Shown: in pieces, positions 10,037 through 19,050 of the stretch
Numbering within the stretch: position 1 is the first letter of the stretch
How the letters are laid out: each line of letters opens with the position of its first letter
DNA from: an uncultured Oscillospiraceae bacterium
GTDB lineage: Bacteria; Bacillota; Clostridia; Oscillospirales; Oscillospiraceae
Assembly (NCBI GenBank): GCA_934527315.1
Contig: CAKTAK010000004.1
Coordinates: 7,109 to 71,108 of the forward strand
Length of the DNA stretch: 64,000 nucleotides
Direction of reading: 5' to 3'
The notes under the pieces: model-generated
What the model saw: only the letters and a program-made list of their open reading frames with translations
Databases searched by the model: none
What the model was told of the DNA's origin: nothing
Program-made: the position numbers and the translations under genes

Positions 10037-11401
10037 TTATTCCCAGAATTCCTTGCTGCCGCACAAATGCGCCAGCCGCGTCCGCAAGTCCAGCATTGCC
10101 GTATACGTGGGAATCATATACACCGGCAGGCTCTGCCCGCTCACCTGCTGAATCAGCGCGTCAAAATCCCGCTCCACGCGGATATTTTCCGCCGGGATTC
10201 CCGCGTATTTCAAACGCAGGGCCATATCATCGGCACGAATACCGGAAACAACCACCGGACCGTTGTACTTTTCCGCAAATCGTTCATATTCCGCGTCCCA
10301 AATCCAGGAAATATCCGTGGAATCAGCCGCCTTGTCATTCAGCAGAAATACCGGCAGGAACGTCTGCTCCAAGCCGTTGAGATACTCAAACACCTGATTG
10401 CAGCCCGCCGGGTTTTTCACCAGAATCATACGGATTTCCGTTTCGTTCAGATCGAATTTTTCCATACGTCCGAAGCCGCACCGGAAATTTTCCGCGCAGG
10501 TCAGCGCCGTTTCTCCGTCCAGACCAAAGGACAGCAAAGCGGTAATCGCGCCCACGGCATTGTAAATGTTATACACCGCCGGCAGGTTCACCCGCACCGT
10601 CCGGGTCAGCTCCTCCGTGGCGATTTCCACCGTGGAGCTGTCTGCGTCTTTGCCCAGCATACGGGTTACGGTCACATCGGTTTCCGGCCGGTGATAGCCG
10701 CATTTCGGGCACTCATAATATCCCAAATGGCCGTAAGTACGATATTTGTATACATATTCGGTTTTGCAGCGAATGCAGTGGCTGGCATCGGAAACCGTAG
10801 GTGCCTCGCCGCCGCCCAATGCCTCGCCCAGACCGTAAAATACGCAGACGTTGGGAATATCTCCCGCCAGAGAGGCGGTCAGAGAACAATCCGCATTCAG
10901 ACACACCGTTGCCGTGGGAACTCCCAGAATGCCCTCCCGGATATTGCTCAGAGTATGGGTAATCTCGCCGTAGCGGTCCAGCTGGTCACGGAACAAATTG
11001 GTCACCAGAATGACTTCCGGCTGCACCAGCGGCGCGGTTTTCCGGAACGCCGCCTCGTCACATTCAATGACAGCGCAGGCATGTTTCGGTTTGCCCGTCA
11101 GCGTGGCATTTTCCACCAACAGCGTGGTCACGCCGGACAGCAGGTTGGCGCCGGACCGGTTGGCAAAGTAATCCACCCCCGCGTCAATCAGCCCCTGCTC
11201 CACAATACGGGAACTTGTGGTTTTTCCGTTGGTGCCGGTAACCATAATAATCCGCACGTTTTTTGCCAGCCGCTCCGGCAGACCGGGGTCAACCTTCAGT
11301 GCAAACCGACCGGGCATATCTGTTCCGCCGCGATGCAGTATCTTGGCTGCCAATTTCACGCAGCGGCAGACAATGATTGCAAGAATCGCTCGTAAATTCA
11401 T
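10037..11401 (-). CDS. murT: Lipid II isoglutaminyl synthase, Mur-ligase-like subunit
   Basis: 455 aa from MNLRAILAII.. with the P-loop VTGTNGKTT and a DUF1727 C-terminal region. The longer ORF-track N-terminus is unlikely because it contains no ribosome-binding site or domain. Confidence 0.85.
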   Translation of the reverse strand: MNLRAILAIIVCRCVKLAAKILHRGGTDMPGRFALKVDPGLPERLAKNVRIIMVTGTNGKTTSSRIVEQGLIDAGVDYFANRSGANLLSGVTTLLVENATLTGKPKHACAVIECDEAAFRKTAPLVQPEVILVTNLFRDQLDRYGEITHTLSNIREGILGVPTATVCLNADCSLTASLAGDIPNVCVFYGLGEALGGGEAPTVSDASHCIRCKTEYVYKYRTYGHLGYYECPKCGYHRPETDVTVTRMLGKDADSSTVEIATEELTRTVRVNLPAVYNIYNAVGAITALLSFGLDGETALTCAENFRCGFGRMEKFDLNETEIRMILVKNPAGCNQVFEYLNGLEQTFLPVFLLNDKAADSTDISWIWDAEYERFAEKYNGPVVVSGIRADDMALRLKYAGIPAENIRVERDFDALIQQVSGQSLPVYMIPTYTAMLDLRTRLAHLCGSKEFWE

Positions 11402-11440
11402 AAGCTGCTTACTTCCTAACTTCAAAAATTGAACGGGCTT

Positions 11441-11469
11441 ATTATAACGTATTCCACACAGAAATACAA
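11441..11469 (-). promoter_or_regulatory. Putative sigma-A promoter for murT-gatD
   Basis: On the minus strand, TTGTAT-N17-TATAAT. Confidence 0.45.
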
Positions 11470-11523
11470 TGAAAAGGATAGAAAATGGCAGGCGCCCGAT
11501 TTCCGGCTGCCTGCCATTGTTTT

Positions 11524-12723
11524 TTACTTGATTTGTTTCAGATACAACTCGCCGCTGTCGTCCAGCAGAATCTCTGCCGCGTGGGCGGCTCCGTCCGCGG
11601 TTGTATAGTCCACACGGCAGGTTACGGGCAAATAGCTGCTTGCCACGCCAAGCTCCTGAGAGCTGTCCAGCTGCCCCCGGGTGGGGAAGGTCTGCCAGAT
11701 ACCGAACTGCTCTCCGTCTGCCAGATGACTGCACCACAAATCGGAATTCGGCACCTCGTCCAATGTGCTGTAATAGCCCACCGTGGACACGGACAGCCGA
11801 TACACATCGCCCTCCGCAGTGAATACCACGTGCCGGTCATCATCGGAAGTCTTTTCCCCGTCATAGACCAAATGCTCGCCGTCGGTCAGCTCCATGGTCA
11901 AGCTGCCAATGCCGCTGCCGCTTGCAATCGGCTCCGGCAGGTATTCCTCCCGAATGTATCCCTCCAATGACTCATAGGGAATGGGGAATGTCAACGTACC
12001 GCATGCAAAGGACGCCAGCATATACGGCTGGGCGATAAACACGATTCCGTCCTCATCAAAATACCACAAGCCGTCTTCCACAACGTCCGGAATGGAAAGT
12101 TCATAGTCGTTAAAAAACAGGGACTCCCCATCGTCGAACTGATATTGACCACTCTGACTCAGCGTGAGGATATAGGATTCCGCGAACTGCCGGAACTCCG
12201 TTTCGTCCACGCAGATGTCTGCCAGCATCAGTGTCTGACCGGTTTGGCTGTCAAAGGTCCGGCCGGATTCCGCTCCATAGCCGTGAGCGCCGCCCGTATA
12301 AGTATAGAAAGTCGGCACAAAGCTCAGCACTTTGCTATCCGCCCGGGCGACCGACATGGTTGTGGACAAAATATAGGGGGTGGCGGCTATATCCCCATAG
12401 GTTTCATACCAATCCGCCGCCTCTTCTTTCATCGCATCGACACTGAAATCCGAACCATGCAGGAAAACATCCCGGTCCGATTTCCATGCCTCGTTGATTG
12501 TTTCCGCGCCGGGGATTCCCGTAACCGTTGGCATTTGATAATCATACTGCAAAGCGATTTCTCCGCTGTCTGTGGTCACATCTCCCGTGGTGGTCGCAAA
12601 CTGAACCCAAACACCGTCCGGCTGCTCCGTTTGAACGGTTTGTCCGTTTTCCTTGCCGCAAGCGGTCAGACTTGCCGTCAGCAGCAGCGCCAATCCCGCA
12701 GCGGTCCATTGCTTTTTCTTCAT
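11524..12723 (-). CDS. Lipoprotein with DUF4163/DUF3298-like (RsiV/PdaC-type) domains
   Basis: 399 aa. Signal peptide with lipobox LTAC-G. Confidence 0.65.
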   Translation of the reverse strand: MKKKQWTAAGLALLLTASLTACGKENGQTVQTEQPDGVWVQFATTTGDVTTDSGEIALQYDYQMPTVTGIPGAETINEAWKSDRDVFLHGSDFSVDAMKEEAADWYETYGDIAATPYILSTTMSVARADSKVLSFVPTFYTYTGGAHGYGAESGRTFDSQTGQTLMLADICVDETEFRQFAESYILTLSQSGQYQFDDGESLFFNDYELSIPDVVEDGLWYFDEDGIVFIAQPYMLASFACGTLTFPIPYESLEGYIREEYLPEPIASGSGIGSLTMELTDGEHLVYDGEKTSDDDRHVVFTAEGDVYRLSVSTVGYYSTLDEVPNSDLWCSHLADGEQFGIWQTFPTRGQLDSSQELGVASSYLPVTCRVDYTTADGAAHAAEILLDDSGELYLKQIK

Positions 12724-13021
12724 ATCATACCCTCCTCGGCAAAATTTTTTATAGTTCTGTTTTCCACAATTCTACCATATATGACGCAATTTCTCCAAAA
12801 TTGTTCCGCCTTTTTCGTCATTTTTCCCTGCCAATTCTTCCTGCCCATTTTTGGCGAAAAAAGCGAAATTTCCGGTTTCGTCAGGAATTCAACAATCCTT
12901 TCAGTATTTCTTAACGTTTTGTCATACATTTAAATTTATATTCATGTAATATTACACTGCTATGACTATCTGTCATGCAGTTGTATTTATAATGTATATT
13001 GGATTGTGACGAGGTTCAGTT

Positions 13022-14701
13022 ATGAAAGAGGAAAAGAAAATTCCGGGGGTTGCCGATGTGAAGAAGTTGAAACACTTCAACATCTACAACCACAACGATG
13101 TACAGTTTGAGCCGACCTTCGTTTCCGTAGGCCGCCAGATTGAGAGCATTGCCCAGACCAAGCCCAACGAAATTGCTGTGATTGAAATTTCTAAGGACGA
13201 TACGGAAGTCAAAACAGCCACTTGGAAAGACCTGTATCTGAAATCCAACCAGCTGGCATGGCTGCTCAAGGAAGAGGGCATCACCAATACCAGCACGGTC
13301 ATGATTTGCCTGCCCAACACCATTGCCCATATTCTCTGCATTTACGCAGCTTGGAAAAACGGCGCCTGCTATCTGCCCATTGCCCCCCGCTCCACAGACG
13401 GGGAAATCGACAACTTCGTGGCCTTGGCAAAACCCGATTTGCTGATTACCGAGGGATATCAGCCGGAAGGCGTTAAGTGCATGACCGTGGAAACTCTGAT
13501 GGAGCGGCTCAACGCTTATTCCGACAAAATGCCCCCCGATATTCTGGCCAATCCCTACCGTGCGCAGACCACCGGCGGCTCCACCGGCAAGCCGAAACTG
13601 ATTCGTTTCACCCGCCCCGCCGGAGAATCCGACGAAAGTCTGATGGCATGGTTCTATATGACCGGTATGTTCTTCGGCTGCCGTCAGCTGATTTGCGGAC
13701 CGATGTTCCACAGCGCACCCGCCTCCGCACTGATTACCGGTCTGTGCTGCGGCAACCGCATTGTGATGCCCAACAACTTCAAGCCCGCTGCCATTGAGCG
13801 GTACATCAAGGATTACGAAATTGAGTGCGTCCAGATGGTGCCCACTCTGATGCACCGTATGCTGAAATTGGATACCTTCAACCCCGAGGACTTCAAGAGC
13901 GTGAAAGCGCTGTCTCACACCGGCGGCTACTGCTCCGCAGAGCTGAAACGGGCATGGATTAACATTCTGGGCGCCAAAAACGTCTACGAAATCTACTCCA
14001 TGAGCGAAATGATCGGTATCACCACCATTCGCGGCGATGAATGGTTGGAGCATCCCGGCAGCGTGGGTCGGCCCTTCGGCGGCTGCAAAATTTCCGTTCG
14101 GGCGGAAGACGGCACGGAGCTGGCGCCCGGCGAAGTGGGCGAGATTTTCATGACCCCCTCCGGCGGCTATCTCCAGACGGAATACATCGGCCGAGAACAG
14201 CTGGCAGACGTGGGCGGCGGATTCCGCAGCGTAGGCGATATGGGCTACGTAGACGATGAGGGCTATCTGTACTTCTCCGACCGGCGGAGCGATATGATTG
14301 TTACCGGCGGTGAAAACGTATTCGCCGTGGACGTGGAAAACGTCTTTATGGAGCACCCGGACATCAACGACATTGTGGTGGTTGGTATCCCCGACCCGGA
14401 ATGGGGCCGTCGGGTTCACGCCGTGGTGGAGGCAAAACGGGAAATGACCTACGACGAATTCCGTCGGTACGGTTGGAAATTCCTGCTCCCCTTTAAGGTT
14501 CCCAAAACCGTTGAGTATGTGGACGCCCTGCCCCGGAAAGACAGCGGCAAAATCAACCGGGCAGAGCTGGCGGAAACCTGCGAAAGATTGCAGAAAGACC
14601 TGGTCAAGCCCTTCGGAATCATCGACACCGGGCTGCGTCAGCTGCTCCGGGAAAGAGCGGCACAGGCAGACGCTGCCGAGGCTGCGGAATCCAAAAAATA
14701 A
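13022..14701 (+). CDS. AMP-dependent synthetase/ligase (acyl-CoA ligase; BaiB/CaiC-like activating enzyme)
   Basis: 559 aa. AMP-binding motif TGGSTGKPK, motif GEIFMTPSGGY, and a C-terminal lysine motif PRKDSGKINRAEL. Confidence 0.85.
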   Translation: MKEEKKIPGVADVKKLKHFNIYNHNDVQFEPTFVSVGRQIESIAQTKPNEIAVIEISKDDTEVKTATWKDLYLKSNQLAWLLKEEGITNTSTVMICLPNTIAHILCIYAAWKNGACYLPIAPRSTDGEIDNFVALAKPDLLITEGYQPEGVKCMTVETLMERLNAYSDKMPPDILANPYRAQTTGGSTGKPKLIRFTRPAGESDESLMAWFYMTGMFFGCRQLICGPMFHSAPASALITGLCCGNRIVMPNNFKPAAIERYIKDYEIECVQMVPTLMHRMLKLDTFNPEDFKSVKALSHTGGYCSAELKRAWINILGAKNVYEIYSMSEMIGITTIRGDEWLEHPGSVGRPFGGCKISVRAEDGTELAPGEVGEIFMTPSGGYLQTEYIGREQLADVGGGFRSVGDMGYVDDEGYLYFSDRRSDMIVTGGENVFAVDVENVFMEHPDINDIVVVGIPDPEWGRRVHAVVEAKREMTYDEFRRYGWKFLLPFKVPKTVEYVDALPRKDSGKINRAELAETCERLQKDLVKPFGIIDTGLRQLLRERAAQADAAEAAESKK

Positions 14702-14747
14702 TTTTTTTCGGTTCCAATTTTTTCAAATTCGTATCGATCTGTTTTTT

Positions 14748-14793
14748 ACACTCCCGAACGGGCCCTGCGCCCGCTCCGGGAGTGTTGCTTTTT
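14748..14793 (+). terminator. Rho-independent terminator after the ligase gene
   Basis: ACACTCCCG-loop-CGGGAGTGT followed by TGCTTTTT. Confidence 0.65.
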
Positions 14794-14958
14794 CCCCTCA
14801 TTTTTCGTAAAATTCTCCCCGGTTTTTACGGATTCTCCGCTGCATTTTTGCAAAATGCCGTTCTTTTGCAGATTGCGCATAAAATAACAAAATCTTCCAT
14901 TTTGAGTGCCAAACCCAATCAGAATACTTATCTTTCTTCAAAAATTGTTCTGAAAAAC

Positions 14959-14987
14959 TTGCTTTTTGTCCGAAAAATTGTTATTAT
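14959..14987 (+). promoter_or_regulatory. Putative promoter for the AraC-family regulator
   Basis: TTGCTT-N17-TATTAT. Confidence 0.4.
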
Positions 14988-15014
14988 TCCAGAAGAAAAA
15001 GGCAGGTGTTCCCC

Positions 15015-16250
15015 ATGATTACCCAAAGAAAAGCCATGCCTCTGTGCGATAAACCGGAATGTGGGATGTTCTCCTCTCCGGATAAGCTGCTGCAGATGCA
15101 AAAACTGACGATTTCAGATCATATCGGTCCGCTGGCGGAAGACGATTCTCTATTCCTTTACGTCACCGGCGGCCGCGGCTACGCAACCATCAACGGCGTG
15201 GTGTTTGACCTGAAACCCGGCTGTTTTCTCTGGCTGCAGTCTTACCATGTCTTCAGCCTGGAATCGGTCTGGGGCGAATCTCTGGAATTAACCGCCATGG
15301 TATATGATTACCCCTTGTCCAGCTATATGACCTTCCGCTCGGACCACACCCGGGACCGGAATCTGTGGGCTTTTGCCTCCTCTCCCCCGGTGTTTCAGTT
15401 GGAAGGTCCCAAACGGGAACGGCTGGAAATGATGCTCCGGGAATTCGAGTTTTACAACAATGACCACGATTCCGGCAGCAATCTGATTAAATGCGCCATT
15501 CTGGGGCAGATGTCCTATTTCTTCTTCGCGCTGTGCGACCAATACCGCAGCCAGTTTCCCTACGTTCGCCATCAATGGCCCATGGGCTGGGTGCTCAGTC
15601 TGTATATTGCTTATTACTGCGCCGAGGATTTGGACCCGAAAGACGTGGCCGACCTGTTCGGCATTAGCGTGGGTACACTGAACCGGGAATTGCGCATCAT
15701 TACTGGTATGAACTTTGCCCAGTCTCTGAACCGCGCCCGGGTCAATCTGGCCGCCGGCGCCATTCTGTTCAGCGAGCTGTCTTTCCACTTTTTGTCCACC
15801 TACTGCGGTTTCCGCTCCGAAGTGGCTTTTTACCGCACGTTCAAGGAGCAGAAAGGCATGACTCCCCAAGAATATCGGGAGTATGCCGTCCACTATACCG
15901 GCGTTCCCCGGAAAATGGTCAGCGAAACCGTGGAACGGATTCTGTACTATATCCACTCCAACTACCGGGAGCAGATCAGCCTGAAATCCATGGCCCAGGA
16001 TTTGTATATCTCCGAGAATATCATCCGCACCCTGCTCCGGGAAAATCTGAACACCAGCTTTAAAGACATTCTCTCCGCCTACCGCATTCGTTATGCCGAG
16101 GCGCTGCTGGTGGTAACGGACCTGCCCATTCTGGATATTTCCTTGGCCTCCGGTTTTAACTCCGAACGGACGTTTACCCGGTTGTTCAAGGACCGAAACG
16201 GCATCACGCCCAGCACCTTCCGGAATCAACACATGAGGGAGACAACATGA
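15015..16250 (+). CDS. AraC-family transcriptional regulator with an N-terminal cupin-like sensor and two complete tandem AraC-type DNA-binding domains
   Basis: 411 aa. First DNA-binding domain: LDPKDVADLFGISVGTLNRELR...STYCGFRSEVAFYRTFKEQKGMTPQEYR. Second DNA-binding domain: ISLKSMAQDLYISENIIRTLLREN...ASGFNSERTFTRLFKDRNGITPSTFR. Confidence 0.85.
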   Translation: MITQRKAMPLCDKPECGMFSSPDKLLQMQKLTISDHIGPLAEDDSLFLYVTGGRGYATINGVVFDLKPGCFLWLQSYHVFSLESVWGESLELTAMVYDYPLSSYMTFRSDHTRDRNLWAFASSPPVFQLEGPKRERLEMMLREFEFYNNDHDSGSNLIKCAILGQMSYFFFALCDQYRSQFPYVRHQWPMGWVLSLYIAYYCAEDLDPKDVADLFGISVGTLNRELRIITGMNFAQSLNRARVNLAAGAILFSELSFHFLSTYCGFRSEVAFYRTFKEQKGMTPQEYREYAVHYTGVPRKMVSETVERILYYIHSNYREQISLKSMAQDLYISENIIRTLLRENLNTSFKDILSAYRIRYAEALLVVTDLPILDISLASGFNSERTFTRLFKDRNGITPSTFRNQHMRETT

Positions 16251-16783
16251 AAAAGCTCAAATACTCCGCACCCTTCGACAGTCGAGATTATTTCACCCAG
16301 AATATTCTCCCCACAGCCATTTTGGCTGACCAGAAAACCATTCGGAAACAGATTCCCTACCGGCAGCATGACGATTTGGAAATTCTTCTGATTCGTCAGG
16401 GCTCCGGCACCATTACGGTCAACGCGGTGGAATACCCCGTCACCCGTGGGGATTTGTTCTGTTTCAGCCCTTATCATTTCCACCGTCTGGACGCGGTGGA
16501 CGGCGACAAGCTGGAGGTTTCCGAGTGCCATGTGAACAGCGGCGTTTACTTTTACGTGACCGCCTGCCCCTACTATCACACGGAGGAAACCACCGCCCTG
16601 CCCTACCCTCATCTGCACGTCAAATTGAGCGAATCCCAGACCCGGCAGGTGGAATATCTGCTGGACGGCATCGCCATGGAAAGCGCCCAGAAAAACATTC
16701 AGGAGAATCAATCCTGTTTCTTCCTGCTGATGAAACTGTTCGGCATTGTGGAGCGCTGTGCCGTAAAGCCGGACGCAGACTGA
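16247..16783 (+). CDS. Stand-alone cupin protein (AraC-type ligand-binding-like), translationally coupled to the regulator
   Basis: 178 aa. Its ATG overlaps the araC-like stop (ATGA). Cupin-like motifs HDDLEILLIRQGSG..GDLFCFSPYHFH. No helix-turn-helix. Confidence 0.7.
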   Translation: MKKLKYSAPFDSRDYFTQNILPTAILADQKTIRKQIPYRQHDDLEILLIRQGSGTITVNAVEYPVTRGDLFCFSPYHFHRLDAVDGDKLEVSECHVNSGVYFYVTACPYYHTEETTALPYPHLHVKLSESQTRQVEYLLDGIAMESAQKNIQENQSCFFLLMKLFGIVERCAVKPDAD

Positions 16784-16861
16784 ATTCTGGGATTTTTGCT
16801 CAGATTTTTCATGAAAATTCTAAGGAAAACGTCAAAAATATAACGCCCCGGACTTTTATGC

Positions 16862-16890
16862 TTGACTTCCATCTGGACTGTTGATATCAT
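16862..16890 (+). promoter_or_regulatory. Sigma-A promoter for SDR gene 1
   Basis: TTGACT-N17-TATCAT. Confidence 0.55.
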
Positions 16891-16907
16891 TGCTGTTTGA
16901 TGATATC
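16883..16907. promoter_or_regulatory. Perfect inverted repeat (candidate operator) overlapping the -10 and transcription start of the SDR-1 promoter
   Basis: GATATCAT-N9-ATGATATC. Confidence 0.4.
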
Positions 16908-16995
16908 TATTGTTTTTCTGTAAAAAACATGGGGCGGTCAAGCTGTCTGCCCCGCATTTTCCCATATTGCACGATTGATTGGAGGAGGCTTACCC

Positions 16996-17751
16996 ATGGG
17001 ACATCATTTGATGGATGGTAAAACTGTCTTTCTGACAGGTGGAGCCGGAGGAATCGGATTTGCAACTGCTCGTCTGATGTTGGAAGAGGGCGCGCAGGCT
17101 GTTTTAATCACGGATCTGAACGAGGAAGTAACCACAAAGGCTGCCGAAAAGCTGAAAAGCGAGTTCCCCGGCCGGAACATTGAGGCCGCTTGGCCCAATT
17201 TGGGCAGCGAAGAAGAAATCGGTGCCGTAATGCGCGCCTTTGCGGAAAAATACGGAAAGCTGGACGCTGTGCTGTCCATTGCCGGTATTACCCATAACAC
17301 GACCATCAAGCGGATGCAGCCCGGTGAGTTTCTCCGTCAGGTGGACGTGAACCTGATTGACACCTACAATGTGGACCGGCAGGCCGGTCTGATTATGCGC
17401 GAGCAGCGGTTCGGTTCCATTGTGAACACCAGCTCCATCTGCGGTCTGTACGGCAACCCCATGGGCTGCGGTTACGGCGCATCGAAAGCCGGTGTGATCG
17501 GTCTGACCAAGTCTTTGGGCCGCGAGCTGGGCTACTTCAATGTCCGGGTCAACTGCGTTGCGCCCGGCGCAATCCGCACCCCCATGACCGCAAACCTTTC
17601 CAAAGAGGCGCAGGCTGCCGCAGTGGCTAACATTGCGCTGCGCCGCATCGGCGAGCCGGAAGAAGTTGCAAACGTTTTTCTGTTCCTGGCCTCCGATTTG
17701 TCCACCTACTGCACCGCCTCGGTTTACAACGTGGACGGTTTTTCCATCTGA
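16996..17751 (+). CDS. Short-chain dehydrogenase/reductase (classical SDR, BaiA/FabG-like), paralog 1
   Basis: 251 aa. TGGAGGIG Rossmann motif, catalytic YGASK, and C-terminal EPEEVANVFLFLASDLSTY. A GGAGGAGG ribosome-binding site is present. Confidence 0.85.
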   Translation: MGHHLMDGKTVFLTGGAGGIGFATARLMLEEGAQAVLITDLNEEVTTKAAEKLKSEFPGRNIEAAWPNLGSEEEIGAVMRAFAEKYGKLDAVLSIAGITHNTTIKRMQPGEFLRQVDVNLIDTYNVDRQAGLIMREQRFGSIVNTSSICGLYGNPMGCGYGASKAGVIGLTKSLGRELGYFNVRVNCVAPGAIRTPMTANLSKEAQAAAVANIALRRIGEPEEVANVFLFLASDLSTYCTASVYNVDGFSI

Positions 17752-17806
17752 AAAACGCCGGAAACCCTTGAAAAATAAGGAGTTTTTACGTATATTCTAT
17801 AAGGAC

Positions 17807-17844
17807 AATGCCGCAGATAGAACATATCTGCGGCATTGTTTTTA
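17807..17844 (+). terminator. Rho-independent terminator after SDR-1
   Basis: AATGCCGCAGAT-loop-ATCTGCGGCATT followed by GTTTTTA. Confidence 0.75.
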
Positions 17845-17891
17845 TTCACTATGCACAATTTTTGACAATCTGATTTAAGCAAAACGATTTC

Positions 17892-17920
17892 TTGACTTCC
17901 TGCACACAGCGTGATAATAT
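17892..17920 (+). promoter_or_regulatory. Sigma-A promoter for SDR gene 2
   Basis: TTGACT-N17-TAATAT. Confidence 0.55.
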
Positions 17921-17980
17921 TAACAACAAGAGCGAATGATTCACACTACGCTACTGAATTATTGATTGGAGGAAATTCAC

Positions 17981-18763
17981 ATGGAAAACATGATGAAGGG
18001 CAAGAACGTATTTATTACCGGCGGTTCCCGCGGTATCGGTTTTGCCACCGCAAGAGAAATGCTGAAGGAAGGCGCTAACGCAGTTGCTATCTGCAGCCAC
18101 TTTGAGGAAACCCGCGAGGCCGCTCTGGCTAAGCTGAACGAGGAGTTCCCCGGCCGCAACATCGTTGGCTACACCTTCGATCTGGCTACCTGCACCGAGG
18201 CTGAAATCGATGCATGCATGAAAGACTTCATTGCTAAGTTCCCCAACGAGGAAGGCAAGCAGCATCTGGACGCTGTCTGCTCCATCGCTGGTATCACCCA
18301 CAACAACACCTGCAAGAACATCCCCGAGGGTCTGTTCGAAGAGGTCGTTCGCGTCAACCTGATCGGCACCTGGTACGTTGACCACTGCGCTTGCAACATC
18401 ATGCGCGGCCAGAAGTACGGCGCTATCGTGAACACCGCTTCCATCGCTGGTGTGTACGGCTCCTCCATGGGTGCTGGCTACGGCGCTTCCAAGGGCGGCG
18501 TTGTTGGTCTGACTCGTTCTCTGGGCCGTGAGATGGCTTACTTCAACGTTCGCGTGAACGCTATCTGCCCGGGCGTTGTGAAGACCGACATGGTTATGAA
18601 GGACACCTCCGAGGCTGCTATCAAGTACGTGTGCCAGGGCATTGCTATGCACCGTATGGGCGAGCCCGAAGAGCTGGCTAAGATGTTCGTGTTCCTGTCC
18701 TCCGATGCTTCCAGCTACTGCGAAGCAGGCATCTACCACTGCGACGGCTGGACCACCGGCTGA
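17981..18763 (+). CDS. Short-chain dehydrogenase/reductase, paralog 2 (strong highly-expressed-type codon bias)
   Basis: 260 aa. TGGSRGIG, YGASK, EPEELAKMFVFLSSDASSY. A GGAGGA ribosome-binding site is present. Codon usage is dominated by gct/acc/atc/aag/ttc/tac, as in the ribosomal genes of this window. Confidence 0.85.
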   Translation: MENMMKGKNVFITGGSRGIGFATAREMLKEGANAVAICSHFEETREAALAKLNEEFPGRNIVGYTFDLATCTEAEIDACMKDFIAKFPNEEGKQHLDAVCSIAGITHNNTCKNIPEGLFEEVVRVNLIGTWYVDHCACNIMRGQKYGAIVNTASIAGVYGSSMGAGYGASKGGVVGLTRSLGREMAYFNVRVNAICPGVVKTDMVMKDTSEAAIKYVCQGIAMHRMGEPEELAKMFVFLSSDASSYCEAGIYHCDGWTTG

Positions 18764-18789
18764 TATTGCACTCAATATCGAAATTTTCA

Positions 18790-18816
18790 GGACCCGGTTT
18801 TACCGGGTCCTTTTTT
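18790..18816 (+). terminator. Rho-independent terminator after SDR-2
   Basis: GGACCCGG-tttta-CCGGGTCC followed by TTTTTT. Confidence 0.8.
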
Positions 18817-18906
18817 ATTGCTTTCAGCCATCTTTAACAATATATTATTTTTGTCAAATGTACAAAATTCACAAAAAATATTGACACTTTTCTGATTATC
18901 TTACTC

Positions 18907-18935
18907 TTGACATTTAGTTGTCAAAAAGGTATCAT
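18907..18935 (+). promoter_or_regulatory. Sigma-A promoter for CoA-transferase 1, with the -35 embedded in a TTGACA-N6-TGTCAA inverted repeat
   Basis: TTGACA-N17-TATCAT. Further TGTCAA/TTGACA half-sites lie at about 18852 and 18881. Confidence 0.55.
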
Positions 18936-19050
18936 AACATAGTCGGAATCAATTTGGAGAGTGATTCCTCTTACTTGTTAAATTACCGGAGTTCGTTTCC
19001 GGACGAGCTGTGGCTGTTTAAAAGACATATTGAAAGGAAGTTATGTTGTA

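Noticed and set aside
9272-11395. 707-aa plus-strand ORF
   Set aside because: It lies antisense to murT and gatD. The His/Gly/Ala-rich composition is typical of a spurious frame in high-GC DNA.
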